64,000 bases of DNA from Polaromonas sp. (GTDB taxonomy: Bacteria > Pseudomonadota > Gammaproteobacteria > Burkholderiales > Burkholderiaceae_C), in assembly GCA_028292745.1 (NCBI GenBank), contig JAQGLT010000056.1, forward strand, positions 15,860 through 79,859, given 5' to 3'. The translations under genes were made by a program, and so were the position numbers. Shown here piece by piece: positions 30,501-42,190 of the stretch; within the stretch, counting starts at the first letter, position 1, and every line of letters starts with the position of its first letter. The notes beneath the pieces are model-generated. The model saw only the letters and a list, made by a program, of their open reading frames with translations. It was not told the origin of the DNA and did not search any database.

Positions 30501-32008
30501 AACACCTAGCGCACAAAAACATTCTGGTCCTGGGGCTGGGCGCGTCCGGCCTGGCCCTGGCGCGCTGGTGCGACCGTTGCGGTGCGAATGTGACAGTGGC
30601 TGACACGCGGCCTGTACCGCCGCAACTTGCGCAACTGCAAGCCAGTGTGCCGGCAGCGAGGTTCATCACTGCCCGGCTGGACGCGGCGCTGCTGGACGGC
30701 GCAGAATTTCATCTGCTGCTGAAAAGCCCCGGTCTGTCGCCTGCGTCGGTCAATGACGTGGTGGCTGCGGCGCAGGCGCGCGGAATCCCCTGTGGCAACG
30801 AGCTCAGCCTGTTTGCACAGGCGCTGGCAGACCTGAAGGAAGCACAGGCCTATGTGCCCAAGGTCATTGGTGTTACCGGCACGAATGGCAAAACCACGGT
30901 AACGTCGCTGACGGGCCAGATCATTGGACGTGCCGGTAAATCGGTAGCCATTGCGGGCAATATTGGCCCGACTTTGCTCGACACCCTGGCCGAAAATCTC
31001 GACAGGTCCAAGGGTGACGAAAGCACTGCGCTGCCCGATGTCTGGGTGCTGGAACTCTCCAGCTTTCAGCTGGACGGCGTGGCAAACTTCGAGCCCACCG
31101 CGGCAACGGTCCTCAACATCACCCAGGACCACCTGGACTGGCATGAAACATTTCCGGCTTACACCGCTGCCAAGGCCCGTGTCTATGGCAGCGGCGGCGT
31201 CATGCTGCTGAACCGGGATGATCCCTTGGTGATGGCCGCATTGCCTGCAGAGGTCAAAGGCAGGCAAATGCGAAGCTACTGGACCTTTGGAAGTGATGTG
31301 CCTACGCGCCCCGGCGATTATGGGATCGAAACCGTCAGTGGCATGGCCTGGCTGGTGCGTGCCGCAGAGGCTGACAAAACCATCAAGCTCCGCAAAGCCG
31401 AAGCGCCGCAATTGCATGTTCAACGCCTCATGCCGCTGGAGGCGCTTCGGATTCGCGGCCGCCATAACGCCCTCAATGCGCTGGCCGCGCTTGGATTGGC
31501 GGTTGCCGTCGGATGCCCGCTCGGGCCCATGTTGCATGGCTTGCGCGAATACCGGGGTGAGCCGCATCGGGTGGAGTCCATTGCGGTGCTGGACGGGGTC
31601 GAATATTTTGATGACAGCAAGGGAACCAACGTGGGCGCCACCATGGCGGCATTGGCCGGCCTGGGCATGGAGCGCAGGTTGGTGGTGATTTTGGGCGGCG
31701 AAGGCAAGGGCCAGGACTTCGGGCCATTGGCCGAGCTGGTAGCGCGTCATGCCCGGGCAGTGGTCCTTATAGGCCGTGACGCTCCGCTCATCCGAAGCGC
31801 CTTGAAAGGAGTCCCGATTGCACTGCTGGATGCCGTCTCCATGCAGGAGGCCGTGATCTTGGCAACCCAGCAGGCCCAGGCTGGTGATGCGGTCCTGATG
31901 TCACCTGCTTGTGCCAGCTTTGATATGTTTGACGATTATGTGCATCGTGCCCAGGCATTTTGTAATGCAGTGCATGAGCTGGCCATGGAACAGGGAGGCG
32001 TGTTATGA
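30497..32008 (+). CDS. murD: MurD ligase
   Basis: [27 protein letters not shown] and SPACASFD motifs. Confidence 0.96.
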   Translation: MKHLAHKNILVLGLGASGLALARWCDRCGANVTVADTRPVPPQLAQLQASVPAARFITARLDAALLDGAEFHLLLKSPGLSPASVNDVVAAAQARGIPCGNELSLFAQALADLKEAQAYVPKVIGVTGTNGKTTVTSLTGQIIGRAGKSVAIAGNIGPTLLDTLAENLDRSKGDESTALPDVWVLELSSFQLDGVANFEPTAATVLNITQDHLDWHETFPAYTAAKARVYGSGGVMLLNRDDPLVMAALPAEVKGRQMRSYWTFGSDVPTRPGDYGIETVSGMAWLVRAAEADKTIKLRKAEAPQLHVQRLMPLEALRIRGRHNALNALAALGLAVAVGCPLGPMLHGLREYRGEPHRVESIAVLDGVEYFDDSKGTNVGATMAALAGLGMERRLVVILGGEGKGQDFGPLAELVARHARAVVLIGRDAPLIRSALKGVPIALLDAVSMQEAVILATQQAQAGDAVLMSPACASFDMFDDYVHRAQAFCNAVHELAMEQGGVL

Positions 32009-33258
32009 CTGCCAGAATGCGCATGCCTGGGTGGTTGTCAGGCTCTGGCAAAGTTGTGGCCGATGCGCTTCCGGTTCGTCTTGGGGGTCGCAGCCTGCCC
32101 GGCAAGATGTCAACGCCGGTGCGTATGGCCGGCCTTGACTGGACGTTGTTCTGGGTGACAGTGGCATTGTTGATCGCCGGAATGATCATGGTGTATTCCG
32201 CTACGGTGGCAATGCCTGACAATCCAAAGTTTGCACGGTATGCCCACACCTATTTCCTGACGAGGCATGTCTTCTCATTGGGAATCGCATCCTTTGTTGC
32301 GTTCCTGGCATTTCAAATACCCATGGCGACCTGGGAAAAATACGCACCCTGGCTGTTCGTCGGCTCGCTGGTGTTGCTGATCCTGGTGCTGGTTCCCTTC
32401 ATCGGCAAGGGCGTCAACGGCGCGCGGCGCTGGATTCCCTTGGGTTTCATGAATTTTCAGCCTTCGGAACTGGCGAAATTCGCGGTGCTTCTGTATGCGT
32501 CCGATTACATGGTGCGCAAGATGGAAGTCAAGGAGCGCTTCTTTCGCGCGGTGCTGCCCATGGCATTCGCCGTCGGGATTGTGGGCGTACTGCTGCTGGC
32601 AGAGCCGGACATGGGGGCCTTCATGGTGATTTCAGTCATCGCCATGGGCATTCTCTTTTTGGGTGGCGTCAATGCCCGCATGTTCTTTCTGATTGCCGCC
32701 GTGGTGGTGGTGGCTTTCGGCATGATGGTGATGTTCAGCGAATGGCGGCGGGAGCGGATTTTTGCCTATATGGACCCCTGGAACGAAAAATATTCGATGG
32801 GCAAGGGCTATCAGCTGTCGCATTCCCTGATTGCTTTTGGCCGAGGGGAGATTTTCGGTGTTGGCCTGGGCGGCAGCATCGAAAAGCTTCACTGGCTTCC
32901 AGAAGCGCACACTGACTTTTTGATGGCCGTGATTGGCGAAGAATTTGGCCTGGTCGGCGTGCTGGTGATCATTGGCCTGTTCCTGTGGATGATCCGCCGC
33001 ATCATGCACATTGGCCGCCAGTCGATTGCGCTGGACCGGCTGTTTGCCGGGCTGGTTGCCCAGGGCGTCGGTATCTGGATGGGTTTTCAGACCTTCATCA
33101 ACATTGGCGTGAACCTGGGAGCACTGCCCACCAAAGGCCTGACGCTTCCTTTGATGAGCTATGGCGGCTCGGCGATTGTGATGAACCTGATTGCCCTGGC
33201 CGTCGTGATCCGCATTGATTATGAAAACCGGGTACTCATGCGCGGAGGCCGCGCATGA
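32005..33258 (+). CDS. ftsW: SEDS glycosyltransferase FtsW
   Basis: [21 protein letters not shown] and [13 protein letters not shown]; dcw position. Confidence 0.96.
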   Translation: MTARMRMPGWLSGSGKVVADALPVRLGGRSLPGKMSTPVRMAGLDWTLFWVTVALLIAGMIMVYSATVAMPDNPKFARYAHTYFLTRHVFSLGIASFVAFLAFQIPMATWEKYAPWLFVGSLVLLILVLVPFIGKGVNGARRWIPLGFMNFQPSELAKFAVLLYASDYMVRKMEVKERFFRAVLPMAFAVGIVGVLLLAEPDMGAFMVISVIAMGILFLGGVNARMFFLIAAVVVVAFGMMVMFSEWRRERIFAYMDPWNEKYSMGKGYQLSHSLIAFGRGEIFGVGLGGSIEKLHWLPEAHTDFLMAVIGEEFGLVGVLVIIGLFLWMIRRIMHIGRQSIALDRLFAGLVAQGVGIWMGFQTFINIGVNLGALPTKGLTLPLMSYGGSAIVMNLIALAVVIRIDYENRVLMRGGRA

Positions 33259-33349
33259 GTACCCGTGTTTCGCCAAAACCGGGCAGCGCGGCGCGCTGCG
33301 GCGCACCAGCGCTGCTCATGCGCGGAGGCCGCGCATGAGTCGGCAGCGC
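33229..33349. repeat. Duplicated hairpin at the ftsW-murG junction, containing a 27-codon mini-ORF (33255-33338)
   Basis: CTCATGCGCGGAGGCCGCGCATGAGT occurs twice, 80 bp apart. The first copy lies in a perfect 17-bp stem. Confidence 0.85.
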
Positions 33350-34417
33350 TGCGCACTGGTCATGGCAGGCGGGACCGGGGGGCATATTTTCCCCGGACTG
33401 GCGGTGGCCGAAGCCCTGCGCGAGCGCGGCTGGCGCGTTCACTGGCTGGGCGGGCGCGGCGCTGCAGGCCATCCCAGCATGGAAAGCCAGTTGGTGCCGC
33501 CCCGCGGTTTTGCGTTTGAGAGCATTGACTTCTCAGGGGTGCGCGGCAAGGGCCCAATCACCCTGGCGATGCTGCCGCTGCGACTGCTCAAGGCATTCTG
33601 GCAAAGCATCCAGGTGCTGCGGCGCGTGCAGCCCGACGTGGTGCTGGGCCTAGGGGGCTACATCAGTTTTCCTGCCGGAATGATGAGCGTGCTGCTGGGG
33701 AAACCACTGATTTTGCATGAGCAGAATTCGGTGGCGGGCATGGTCAACAAGCTGCTGGCCAGCGTGGCAGACCGTGTTTTTACCGCCTTCCCCAATGTGC
33801 TTAAAAAAGCCGAGTGGGTGGGCAATCCGCTTCGGCCAGCTTTTACCCGGCAGTTGGAGCCGGCGGCTCGCTTTGCCACCCGGCGCGGGCCGCTTAACGT
33901 GCTCGTGGTTGGCGGCAGCCTGGGTGCTGCGGCCTTGAATGAGCTGGTGCCCAAAGCCTTGGCCTTGATTCCGGCAGCCGTGCGTCCACGCGTTACTCAC
34001 CAAAGCGGAACCCGCCAGATTGACGAGTTGCGTGCCAACTACCAAGCCGCTGGCGTGCAGGCAGAACTCACGCCATTTATCGAAGACACCGCCCAGGCTT
34101 TCGCCGAAGCTGACCTCATCATTTGCCGCGCAGGCGCCAGCACGGTGACAGAAATCGCCGCCGTTGGTGCGGCAGCCGTGTTTGTTCCCTTTCCTGCGGC
34201 CGTAGATGACCACCAGACCGCCAATGCGAAATTTCTTGTTACGCATGGAGGGGGCTGGTTGATGCCACAGAGTGACCTAACACCCGAAAAACTTGCCATA
34301 ATGCTACAAAAAACAGAGCGTCTTGCGCTTGTCCAGTCTGCGCTACAAGCTAAAACCATGCAAAAAATTGATGCCACTGCCCGTCTCGTTGCCGCCTGCG
34401 AGGAACTTACGCGATGA
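33335..34417 (+). CDS. murG: MurG glycosyltransferase
   Basis: [23 protein letters not shown] and DDHQTANA motifs. Confidence 0.96.
   Translation: MSRQRCALVMAGGTGGHIFPGLAVAEALRERGWRVHWLGGRGAAGHPSMESQLVPPRGFAFESIDFSGVRGKGPITLAMLPLRLLKAFWQSIQVLRRVQPDVVLGLGGYISFPAGMMSVLLGKPLILHEQNSVAGMVNKLLASVADRVFTAFPNVLKKAEWVGNPLRPAFTRQLEPAARFATRRGPLNVLVVGGSLGAAALNELVPKALALIPAAVRPRVTHQSGTRQIDELRANYQAAGVQAELTPFIEDTAQAFAEADLIICRAGASTVTEIAAVGAAAVFVPFPAAVDDHQTANAKFLVTHGGGWLMPQSDLTPEKLAIMLQKTERLALVQSALQAKTMQKIDATARLVAACEELTR
34302..34366 (+). repeat. Double-palindrome motif copy 6 (inside murG)
   Basis: GCTAC-AAAAAAC-AGAGC-GTCTT-GCGC-TTGTCCAGTCT-GCGC-TACAAGC. Confidence 0.75.
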
Positions 34418-35850
34418 AGCATGCGATCAAGCACATCCACTTTATCGGACTGGGGGGGGCTGGCATGTCCGGAATTGCCGAGGTTTTGCATAACCTGGGC
34501 TACATCATTTCCGGCTCGGACCTGTCGGACAGCGCTACGCTGCAGCGTCTTGCGGGCCTGGGCATCAGGACATTTATCGGCCATGCTGCGGGCAATCTGG
34601 TCGATGTCGATGCCGTGGTGACATCCACGGCGGTGCAGGCGGATAACCCGGAAGTCCTGGCGGCGCGAGAAAAACACATTCCCGTGGTGCCGCGCGCCTT
34701 GATGCTGGCCGAGCTGATGCGTCTCAAGCAAGGCATCGCAATTGCCGGTACGCACGGCAAAACCACAACCACCAGCTTGGTGGCGTGCGTGCTGGCCGAG
34801 GGCGGTCTGGATCCGACATTCGTGATCGGCGGCCGGCTCAACAGCGCTGGCGCCAATGCCAAACTGGGGTTGGGCGACTACATCGTTGTTGAAGCCGATG
34901 AATCGGATGCGTCTTTCCTGAACCTTTTGCCTGTCATGGCGGTGGTCACGAATATCGATGCGGACCATATGGAAACCTATGGCCACGATTTTGGCAAGCT
35001 TAAAAAAGCGTTTCTTGATTTCCTGCATCGCATGCCTTTTTATGGCACAGCGGTTTTGTGCACCGATGACCCGGTGATTCGTGAACTGGTTCCTCAGATG
35101 GCCTGTCCCATCACCAGCTACGGTTTTGGCGAAGAGGCCGAAGTGCGCGCCATCAAGGTGCGTGCCGTCGGGCCGCAAATGTATTTCACCGTGCAGCGCC
35201 GCAATGGCGTCAAGCTGCCCGATCTGGACATCGTGCTCAACCTGGCGGGCCAGCACAACGTGCTCAATGCGCTGGCGGCCATTGCCATCGCGGTCGAACT
35301 CAATGTCCCCGATGCAGCGGTGCAAAAAGCGCTTGCCGATTTCACCGGGGTCGGACGCCGTTTCCAGAGTTACGGCAACCTGCCGGCCCGGGACGGTGGC
35401 CAGTTCACGCTGATTGAAGATTACGGCCACCATCCGGTGGAAGTGGCGGCCACGCTGGCGGCTGCGCGGGGCGCCTTTCCGGGGCGACGGCTGGTGCTGG
35501 CCTTTCAGCCCCATCGCTACACCCGCACCCGCGACTGTTTCGAGGATTTCGTCCGGGTCATTGGCTCGCATGCCGATGCGGTGCTTTTGTCCGAGGTTTA
35601 TTCCGCGGGCGAGGCCCCCATCGTGGCAGCGGATGGCCGTTCGCTGGCGCGTGCGCTGCGGGTGGGAGGCAAACTCGAACCGGTCTTTGTGGACTGTATT
35701 GACGACATGCCCGAGGCCATCATGAATGCGGCGCAAGGCGGCGACATTGTCATGTGCATGGGTGCCGGCTCGATCGGGCAGGTGCCTGCCAAGGTTGCCG
35801 CCATGCTGCCAGTCAAGCCGTGTGCGGTGCTGGAAAGGGTCTGCGCATGA
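34414..35850 (+). CDS. murC: MurC ligase
   Basis: [23 protein letters not shown] and DYGHHP motifs. Confidence 0.97.
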   Translation: MKHAIKHIHFIGLGGAGMSGIAEVLHNLGYIISGSDLSDSATLQRLAGLGIRTFIGHAAGNLVDVDAVVTSTAVQADNPEVLAAREKHIPVVPRALMLAELMRLKQGIAIAGTHGKTTTTSLVACVLAEGGLDPTFVIGGRLNSAGANAKLGLGDYIVVEADESDASFLNLLPVMAVVTNIDADHMETYGHDFGKLKKAFLDFLHRMPFYGTAVLCTDDPVIRELVPQMACPITSYGFGEEAEVRAIKVRAVGPQMYFTVQRRNGVKLPDLDIVLNLAGQHNVLNALAAIAIAVELNVPDAAVQKALADFTGVGRRFQSYGNLPARDGGQFTLIEDYGHHPVEVAATLAAARGAFPGRRLVLAFQPHRYTRTRDCFEDFVRVIGSHADAVLLSEVYSAGEAPIVAADGRSLARALRVGGKLEPVFVDCIDDMPEAIMNAAQGGDIVMCMGAGSIGQVPAKVAAMLPVKPCAVLERVCA

Positions 35851-36824
35851 GCCCGCATCCTTTGGGTTTTGGCAAGGTTGCCGTCCTCATGGGCGGGCGG
35901 TCCGCCGAGCGCGACATCTCGCTGTTGTCGGGCCAGGGCGTCCTGCAGGCGCTGCGCTCGCAAGGTGTCGATGCACACGCCTTCGACCCTGCCGAGCGTG
36001 AGCTGGTCGAGTTGAAAAAAGAAGGTTTTGCGTGCTGCTTCATTGCGCTGCATGGCCGTTTTGGCGAAGATGGCACGGTGCAGGGCGCGCTTGAATTGCT
36101 GGGAATTCCCTATACCGGTTCGGGCGTCATGGCCTCCAGCATGGCCATCGACAAAGTCATGACCAAGCGGGTGCTGCTGTCTGAAAACCTACCCACGCCG
36201 CGCCATGTGCTGCTGCGCCGGGGGGCGTTTAGCGCGGCGGAGCTCGCTAGCGTCCCCGATCGGCTGGGGTTGCCGCTGATTGTCAAACCCGCTCGAGAAG
36301 GCTCTTCCCTGGGTCTGACGAAAGTCACTGAGCGCGCATCGATGGCCGCAGCGGTTGCGCTGGCTGAGAAGATGGACGCCGACGTCCTGTGCGAGCAGTT
36401 CATCAGCGGCGACGAGGTCACCTGCCCGGTGCTGGGCACCGGCGACCAGGCGCGGGCGTTGCCGGTCATTCGCATCGTGGCGCCCGAGGGCAACTACGAC
36501 TACCAGAACAAGTATTTCACCGACACCACCCAATACCTGGTGCCCTGCGGACTTCCCGCAGGAGAAGAGGCGGCGATCCAGAAAATGGTGCTGCAGGCGT
36601 TTCGCACCCTCAACTGCCGTGGCTGGGCACGCGCCGATGTGATGATCGATCAGGCCACGCGCAAGCCCTACCTGCTCGAAATCAACACGTCACCGGGCAT
36701 GACAGGGCATTCGCTCGTGCCCATGTCAGCGCGGGCAACGGGCATGGCCTATGAAAAGCTCTGCATCGAGGTGCTCAAGACCGCCACGCTCGATCATCAG
36801 TCTCCAGGTGGAAACCAGCTGTGA
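35847..36824 (+). CDS. ddl: D-Ala-D-Ala ligase
   Basis: [22 protein letters not shown] and EINTSPGMT motifs. Confidence 0.96.
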   Translation: MSPHPLGFGKVAVLMGGRSAERDISLLSGQGVLQALRSQGVDAHAFDPAERELVELKKEGFACCFIALHGRFGEDGTVQGALELLGIPYTGSGVMASSMAIDKVMTKRVLLSENLPTPRHVLLRRGAFSAAELASVPDRLGLPLIVKPAREGSSLGLTKVTERASMAAAVALAEKMDADVLCEQFISGDEVTCPVLGTGDQARALPVIRIVAPEGNYDYQNKYFTDTTQYLVPCGLPAGEEAAIQKMVLQAFRTLNCRGWARADVMIDQATRKPYLLEINTSPGMTGHSLVPMSARATGMAYEKLCIEVLKTATLDHQSPGGNQL

Positions 36825-37624
36825 GCCGCGCCATGCCCCATCCAATCACCTTGCCGCGCGACGTCAGGCTCATGAACACCCTGTCGGTGCTTCTGGGCTT
36901 GGTGTTTGTCGCCATGGTGCTGGCGATGGGCGTGGCCTGGCTGGTACGGCAACCGGCATTCAACCTGACGGCCATCCGGGTGGGCGGGGATTTGATGCAC
37001 AACAACGCCGTCACCTTGCGCGCCAATGTGGCGCCCAAGCTGGCGGGCAATTTCATGACGGTGGATTTGGAAGTCACCCGCGCCGCTTTTGAGGCTGTTC
37101 CCTGGGTTCGCCGCGCGGTGGTGCAGCGTGAATTTCCGAACCGCCTCAGGGTGCTGCTGCATGAGCACAAGGCGGTTGCCTACTGGGGGTCCGAGGGCGA
37201 CGCCCGGCTGGTGAGCAACGCCGGCGAGGTGTTCGATGCCAATCCGGGCGATGTGGAGGCCGAGGAATTGCCGCTGCTCGACGGCCCCAAGGGCCAGGCG
37301 CCGCTGGTACTGCAGACCTACCTCGGCCTGGCGCCGCTGTTTGAAGAAATGGATGCGGTGCTGGAGCAGCTGCAGTTGACCCAGCAAGGCAGCTGGCGTG
37401 TGCAACTCGACAGTGGGGCGGTGATCGAACTGGGCCATGGTTCGCTGGCTGAAGTGCAAAAGCGCACGCGGCGGTTTATCGACACGGTGACGCAGGTGGC
37501 GTCCCGGTTTGGACGGGATGTGGAGTCTGCCGACTTGCGCTATGCCAGCGGCTATGCGCTCAAGCTCAGGGGCGTCACGACGGGCGAGATCGGCGACAAA
37601 GTCGACCAAAAAAAGAAAAGGTAA
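36821..37624 (+). CDS. ftsQ: Cell division protein FtsQ
   Basis: TM plus POTRA domain (PWV..REFPN), DLRY; dcw position. Confidence 0.92.
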   Translation: MSRAMPHPITLPRDVRLMNTLSVLLGLVFVAMVLAMGVAWLVRQPAFNLTAIRVGGDLMHNNAVTLRANVAPKLAGNFMTVDLEVTRAAFEAVPWVRRAVVQREFPNRLRVLLHEHKAVAYWGSEGDARLVSNAGEVFDANPGDVEAEELPLLDGPKGQAPLVLQTYLGLAPLFEEMDAVLEQLQLTQQGSWRVQLDSGAVIELGHGSLAEVQKRTRRFIDTVTQVASRFGRDVESADLRYASGYALKLRGVTTGEIGDKVDQKKKR

Positions 37625-37629
37625 ATCAA

Positions 37630-38859
37630 GTGGCCAAAGAATACAAGGATCTCGTGGTTGGGCTGGATATTGGAACCAGCAAAATCATGGTCGTGGTCGC
37701 CGAGGTCATGCCCGGAGGCGAACTCAAGCTGGCAGGCCTGGGGATCGCGGCAAGCAACGGGCTCAAGCGCGGCGTGGTGGTCAATATCGATGCCACCGTG
37801 CACAGCATCCAGCAGGCGCTCAAGGAGGCCGAGCTGATGGCTGACTGCAAGATTGGCCGCGTCTTCACCGGCATCACCGGCAGCCATATCCGGGGCATCA
37901 ATTCGAGCGGCATGGTGGCGGTCAAGGACAAGGAAGTCAGCCAGGCCGATGTGACCCGGGTGATTGAAACCGCGAAGGCCATCAACATTTCCACCGACCA
38001 GCGCCTGCTGCTGGTCGAACCGCAGGAATTCGTGATCGATGGCCAGGATGTGCGCGAGCCGATTGGCATGAGCGGCCTGCGCCTGGAGGCCAAGGTGCAT
38101 ATCGTGACCGGCGCCCAAAGCGCTGCCGAAAACATCATCAAATGCGTGCGGCGCTGCGGCCTGGAGGTCGACCAGCTGATGCTCAATCCGCTGGCGTCCA
38201 GCCTGTCGGTGCTGACGCAGGATGAGCAGGAACTGGGCGTGGCGATGGTCGATATTGGCGCCGGCACCACCGACGTGGCGATCTTTACCGGCGGCGCCAT
38301 CCGGCACACCGCGGTGATCCCGATTGCCGGCGACCTGATCACCAGCGACATCGCCATGGCGCTTCGCACGCCGACCAAGGACGCGGAAGACATCAAGGTC
38401 GAAAACGGCTGTGCCAAGCAGCTGCTGGCCGACCCGGACACGCAGGTGGAAGTGCCAGGCCTGGGCGACCGTGGCCCGCGCATGCTCAGCAAGCAGGCCC
38501 TGGCCGGCGTGATCGAGCCGCGTGTCGAGGAAATTTACCTGCTGGTCCAGCAAGTGATTCGTGAGTCCGGGTATGAAGAGGTGCTGTCCTCGGGCATCGT
38601 CATCACGGGCGGCAGCGCCATGATGCCCGGCATGATCGAGCTGGGCGAAGACATATTCCTCAAGCCGGTACGGCGCGGCCTGCCGCGCTATTCCAGCGCG
38701 CTGTCCGACATGGTGGCCCAGACCCGGGCGGCCACGGTGATGGGCTTGCTCGAAGAATCCCGGCAGGCCCGTATCCGCGGCTTCAAGGTGGCGCAAAAGG
38801 CCGGCAGCGTGCACAGCGCTTTTGGCCGTGTCAAAGACTGGTTTGTAGGCAATTTCTGA
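37630..38859 (+). CDS. ftsA: Cell division protein FtsA
   Basis: GLDIGTSK, DIGAGTT and the C-terminal amphipathic VKDWFVGNF. Confidence 0.97.
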   Translation: MAKEYKDLVVGLDIGTSKIMVVVAEVMPGGELKLAGLGIAASNGLKRGVVVNIDATVHSIQQALKEAELMADCKIGRVFTGITGSHIRGINSSGMVAVKDKEVSQADVTRVIETAKAINISTDQRLLLVEPQEFVIDGQDVREPIGMSGLRLEAKVHIVTGAQSAAENIIKCVRRCGLEVDQLMLNPLASSLSVLTQDEQELGVAMVDIGAGTTDVAIFTGGAIRHTAVIPIAGDLITSDIAMALRTPTKDAEDIKVENGCAKQLLADPDTQVEVPGLGDRGPRMLSKQALAGVIEPRVEEIYLLVQQVIRESGYEEVLSSGIVITGGSAMMPGMIELGEDIFLKPVRRGLPRYSSALSDMVAQTRAATVMGLLEESRQARIRGFKVAQKAGSVHSAFGRVKDWFVGNF

Positions 38860-39007
38860 TGAACAGAATGTCCAGCTCCATCGGTCGCCACTGGGGCCGA
38901 GTCCATTCCGGAGGAGCCGATCCACCGGCCTGACGAGCCATGTCTCGTACAAATTTTGAAATTTTTACCGTTTTCCCCAACCCGATTTACTGAACAGGAG
39001 GCTCCCA

Positions 39008-40186
39008 ATGAGTATCGAAATGATTGAAATCCAAGAATTCAACCAAGGCACGCAGATCAAGGTGATCGGCGTCGGTGGCGGTGGCGGCAATGCCGTCGGC
39101 CACATGATCCACTGCGGTGTGCAGGGGGTTGAATTCATTTGCGCCAACACCGATGCGCAGGCCCTGAACCGTGGCACCGCGCACAAGAACATCCAGCTGG
39201 GCGCCAGCGGCCTGGGTGCCGGCAGCAAGCCTGAAAAAGGCCGCGAAGCGGCTGAACTGGCGATCGACGATATCCGCAGCGCCATCAGCGGCGCGCACAT
39301 GCTCTTCATCACGGCAGGCATGGGCGGCGGCACCGGAACCGGCGCCGCCCCGGTGATTGCGCGCGTGGCCAAGGAAATGGGCATCTTGACCGTCGGCGTC
39401 GTGACCAAGCCATTCGACTTCGAAGGCGGCCGCCGCATGACCAATGCGGACCAGGGCTTGTGCGAACTGGAGGCCAATGTCGATTCGCTGATCGTGGTGC
39501 TCAACGAAAAGCTGCTTGAGGTGCTGGGCGACGACGTGACCCAGGACGAGGCTTTCGCCCATGCCAACGACGTGCTGAAAAACGCCGTCGGCGGTATTGC
39601 CGAAATCATCAATGTGCCTGGCCATGTGAATGTCGACTTTGAAGACGTGCGCACCGTGATGGGCGAGCCCGGCAAGGCCATGATGGGCACGGCCCGGGCC
39701 AACGGGCCGGACCGTGCCCGCATTGCCGCCGAGCAGGCCGTGGCGTGCCCGTTGCTCGAAGGCATCGACCTGTCGGGCGCCAAGGGTGTGCTGGTGCTGA
39801 TTTCGGCTGCCAAGGGTTCGCTCAAGCTGAACGAGTCCAAGCTGGCGATGAACACCGTCCGCGCCTACGCATCGCCTGATGCGCATGTGATTTACGGCAC
39901 GGCCTACGACGACGAACTGGGCGATGACATCCGCGTCACCGTGGTGGCGACCGGCCTGAGCCGCCAGGAGTCGCGTCGCAACGTCGCGCCGCTGCAGGTG
40001 CTTCGCACGGGCCAGAACGCGGCTGCCGGCGCACAAGGCCTGAAGCAGCCCGATTATGGCAACATGGCCGTGCCCAGCGTGTGGCGCACCAACCGCACCC
40101 AGGCGGCAGCGAAGGTCGATGCGCTGGCATCGGGCGGTATGGATGACTTTGAAATCCCGGCCTTCCTTCGCCGCCAGGCCGACTGA
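39008..40186 (+). CDS. ftsZ: Cell division protein FtsZ
   Basis: GVGGGGGNA, GMGGGTGTG, NVDFED and the C-terminal EIPAFLRRQAD. Confidence 0.98.
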   Translation: MSIEMIEIQEFNQGTQIKVIGVGGGGGNAVGHMIHCGVQGVEFICANTDAQALNRGTAHKNIQLGASGLGAGSKPEKGREAAELAIDDIRSAISGAHMLFITAGMGGGTGTGAAPVIARVAKEMGILTVGVVTKPFDFEGGRRMTNADQGLCELEANVDSLIVVLNEKLLEVLGDDVTQDEAFAHANDVLKNAVGGIAEIINVPGHVNVDFEDVRTVMGEPGKAMMGTARANGPDRARIAAEQAVACPLLEGIDLSGAKGVLVLISAAKGSLKLNESKLAMNTVRAYASPDAHVIYGTAYDDELGDDIRVTVVATGLSRQESRRNVAPLQVLRTGQNAAAGAQGLKQPDYGNMAVPSVWRTNRTQAAAKVDALASGGMDDFEIPAFLRRQAD

Positions 40187-40203
40187 GGCCCTGCCGCCAG
40201 GTT

Positions 40204-40231
40204 GCCCCGGCCTGTGAATGCAGGCCGGGGC
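40204..40231 (+). terminator. GC-rich hairpin after ftsZ (stabiliser or possible terminator)
   Basis: GCCCCGGCCTG-TGAATG-CAGGCCGGGGC; there is no T-tract. Confidence 0.45.
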
Positions 40232-40335
40232 GCGGGTTCCAAATCAAAGCGCTGTTCTCGCTATGAGGCGAGCCTGTTCCATGGGCATTGGCTGCGGGTG
40301 GGTTGCCCTGAACGCTGCACAAATTAAAATACCCC

Positions 40336-41259
40336 ATGCTCGCTCAAAGAACACTCAAATCCCTCACCCGTGCGGTCGGCGTCGGGTTGCACAGCGGCCA
40401 GCGGGTCGAGCTGACCTTGCGGCCGGCGCCGCCCGGCACCGGCATCGTGTTTCGGCGGGTCGATTTGCCCCAGCCGGTCGACATCGTCATCTCGCCCGAG
40501 GCGGTCACCGATACCCGCCTGGCTTCCACCATTTCCAGCGGCAGTGCCAAGGTGCATACCGTCGAGCATTTGATGTCCGCCTGCGCCGGTCTGGGGATTG
40601 ACAACCTGATCATCGACATCACCGCCGAAGAGGTGCCGATTCTGGATGGCTCGGCTTCGTCCTTCGTTTTCTTGCTGCAGTCCGCCGGGATTGAACTGCA
40701 GGCGGCGCCCAAGCGCTTTGTCCGCATCCTCAAGCCGGTGGAGGTGCGAGAAGGCGAGGGCGCCAATGTGAAATGGGCACGCCTGAGTCCCTACGAAGGC
40801 TACAAGCTCAGTTTTGAAATCGACTTTGATCACCCCGCGGTCGACTCCACCGGCCAGCGCGTGGAGTTCGACATGGGCTCGGGAGCCTACAGCCGGGACA
40901 TTGCCCGCGCCCGCACCTTCGGCTTTACCAAGGATGTGGAAATGATGCGGGCCAACGGCCTGGCGCTCGGCGGCGGACTGGACAACGCCATTGTGATGGA
41001 CGACTACAAGGTGCTCAACAGCGAAGGCCTGCGCTACAACGATGAATTCGTCAAGCACAAGATCCTTGACGCCATGGGCGACCTGTACCTCTTGGGCAAG
41101 CCGCTGCTGGCAGCCTACAGCGCGTTTCGCTCCGGCCATGCGATGAACAACAAGCTGCTGCGCGAGTTGCTGGCGCATCCGCAGGCTTATGAGGTGGTGA
41201 CATTCGACGACGAGAAAAACGCACCGCAAGGCTTTGCCACGCTGGCGCGGGCCTGGTAG
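40336..41259 (+). CDS. lpxC: UDP-3-O-acyl-GlcNAc deacetylase
   Basis: GVGLHSG, TVEH, DGSA, ARTFGF and HKILD motifs. Confidence 0.97.
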   Translation: MLAQRTLKSLTRAVGVGLHSGQRVELTLRPAPPGTGIVFRRVDLPQPVDIVISPEAVTDTRLASTISSGSAKVHTVEHLMSACAGLGIDNLIIDITAEEVPILDGSASSFVFLLQSAGIELQAAPKRFVRILKPVEVREGEGANVKWARLSPYEGYKLSFEIDFDHPAVDSTGQRVEFDMGSGAYSRDIARARTFGFTKDVEMMRANGLALGGGLDNAIVMDDYKVLNSEGLRYNDEFVKHKILDAMGDLYLLGKPLLAAYSAFRSGHAMNNKLLRELLAHPQAYEVVTFDDEKNAPQGFATLARAW

Positions 41260-41295
41260 CACGGTTCCCTGGCGTTACAAACAGGAGTTCACCCG

Positions 41296-41472
41296 ATGCT
41301 GCTTTTTCGCTGGATGCTGTTGCTCGCGCTGCTGGCTGCGCTGGTGTGTTTCATCTTTTATGCCGGCACCGGGCAGGTGCGCTTCCGGCACTATGGCTGG
41401 ATTGTCCTGAAGTGGGCGCTGATCGCTGCCTTCGGATTTTTCGGGGTGTTGATTCTGGAGCGGGTGGGGTAG
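41296..41472 (+). CDS. Small two-TM membrane protein (58 aa; not in the ORF track)
   Basis: ACAGGAG RBS. Reads MLLFRWMLLLALLAALVCFIFYAGTGQVRFRHYGWIVLKWALIAAFGFFGVLILERVG. Confidence 0.75.
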   Translation: MLLFRWMLLLALLAALVCFIFYAGTGQVRFRHYGWIVLKWALIAAFGFFGVLILERVG

Positions 41473-41497
41473 GCAGGCACCACCGGCCGGTCATTCC

Positions 41498-42046
41498 TCA
41501 GCGGCTTCGGCCTGCCCGGTAATTGCCGCCCACTTTTTTGTTTCCCTCGCTGGCCAGCGCCAGCCGCGCCATGGCGCTGCCCACATGCGCGTGGGTGATC
41601 GCCAGGCCCAGCGCGTCGGCGGCATCCTTGCCCGGCAGCGAAGGCAGCTTCAGCAGCCGCATCACCATCTGCTGCACCTCGGCCTTGCCTGCCTTGCCAT
41701 AGCCCGCCACGGCTTTTTTCATCTGCAGCGCGGTGTACTCGGCCACCGCCAGGTCGGTCGATACCAGCGCGGTGATGCAGGCGCCGCGTGCCTGGCCCAG
41801 CAGCAGGGTCGCCTGCGGATTGACATTGACGAAAACGATTTCCACCGACGCGACCTCGGGCTGGTAGCGCTGCACGACTTCGCGCACGCCGTCGAACAGC
41901 ACCTTCAGGCGCCCGGGCAGGTCGCGCAGGTCCAGATGCGTGGTCTTGATGGTGCCGCTGGCCACGTAGCGCAGGTGCGGCCCGTCCATGTCGACCACGC
42001 CGAAGCCCGTGGTCTGCAGGCCCGGATCAATTCCCAGTATATGCAT
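41498..42046 (-). CDS. ruvC: Holliday junction resolvase
   Basis: [13 protein letters not shown] and DAADALG motifs. Confidence 0.96.
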   Translation of the reverse strand: MHILGIDPGLQTTGFGVVDMDGPHLRYVASGTIKTTHLDLRDLPGRLKVLFDGVREVVQRYQPEVASVEIVFVNVNPQATLLLGQARGACITALVSTDLAVAEYTALQMKKAVAGYGKAGKAEVQQMVMRLLKLPSLPGKDAADALGLAITHAHVGSAMARLALASEGNKKVGGNYRAGRSR

Positions 42047-42047
42047 T

Positions 42048-42113
42048 TGCTATTAATTTAGTAGCTGACTGCGCATGTGCAGTCTGCGCCAGGGCACGAA
42101 ACGGCATATAAAA
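42048..42113 (+). repeat. Double-palindrome motif copy 7 (abuts the ruvC start codon)
   Basis: GCTAT-TAATTTA-GTAGC-TGACT-GCGC-ATGTGCAGTCT-GCGC-CAGGGC. Confidence 0.8.
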
Positions 42114-42190
42114 GCGGCATAGGCGCGCGCGTTGCCTGGCATGCCGTGCCGTGCCGAAACCGGCTTTCCTGCGTCTGTTGCGCACCGCGT

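Noticed and set aside
20170-34400. Visibly lower GC across the STAS gene and early dcw genes as a genomic island
   Set aside because: The content is essential, syntenic core genes with no clear boundaries, and I cannot quantify the shift by eye.
38859-38933. 24-codon ORF after ftsA
   Set aside because: It ends well before ftsZ, which has its own strong RBS, and nothing else supports coding.
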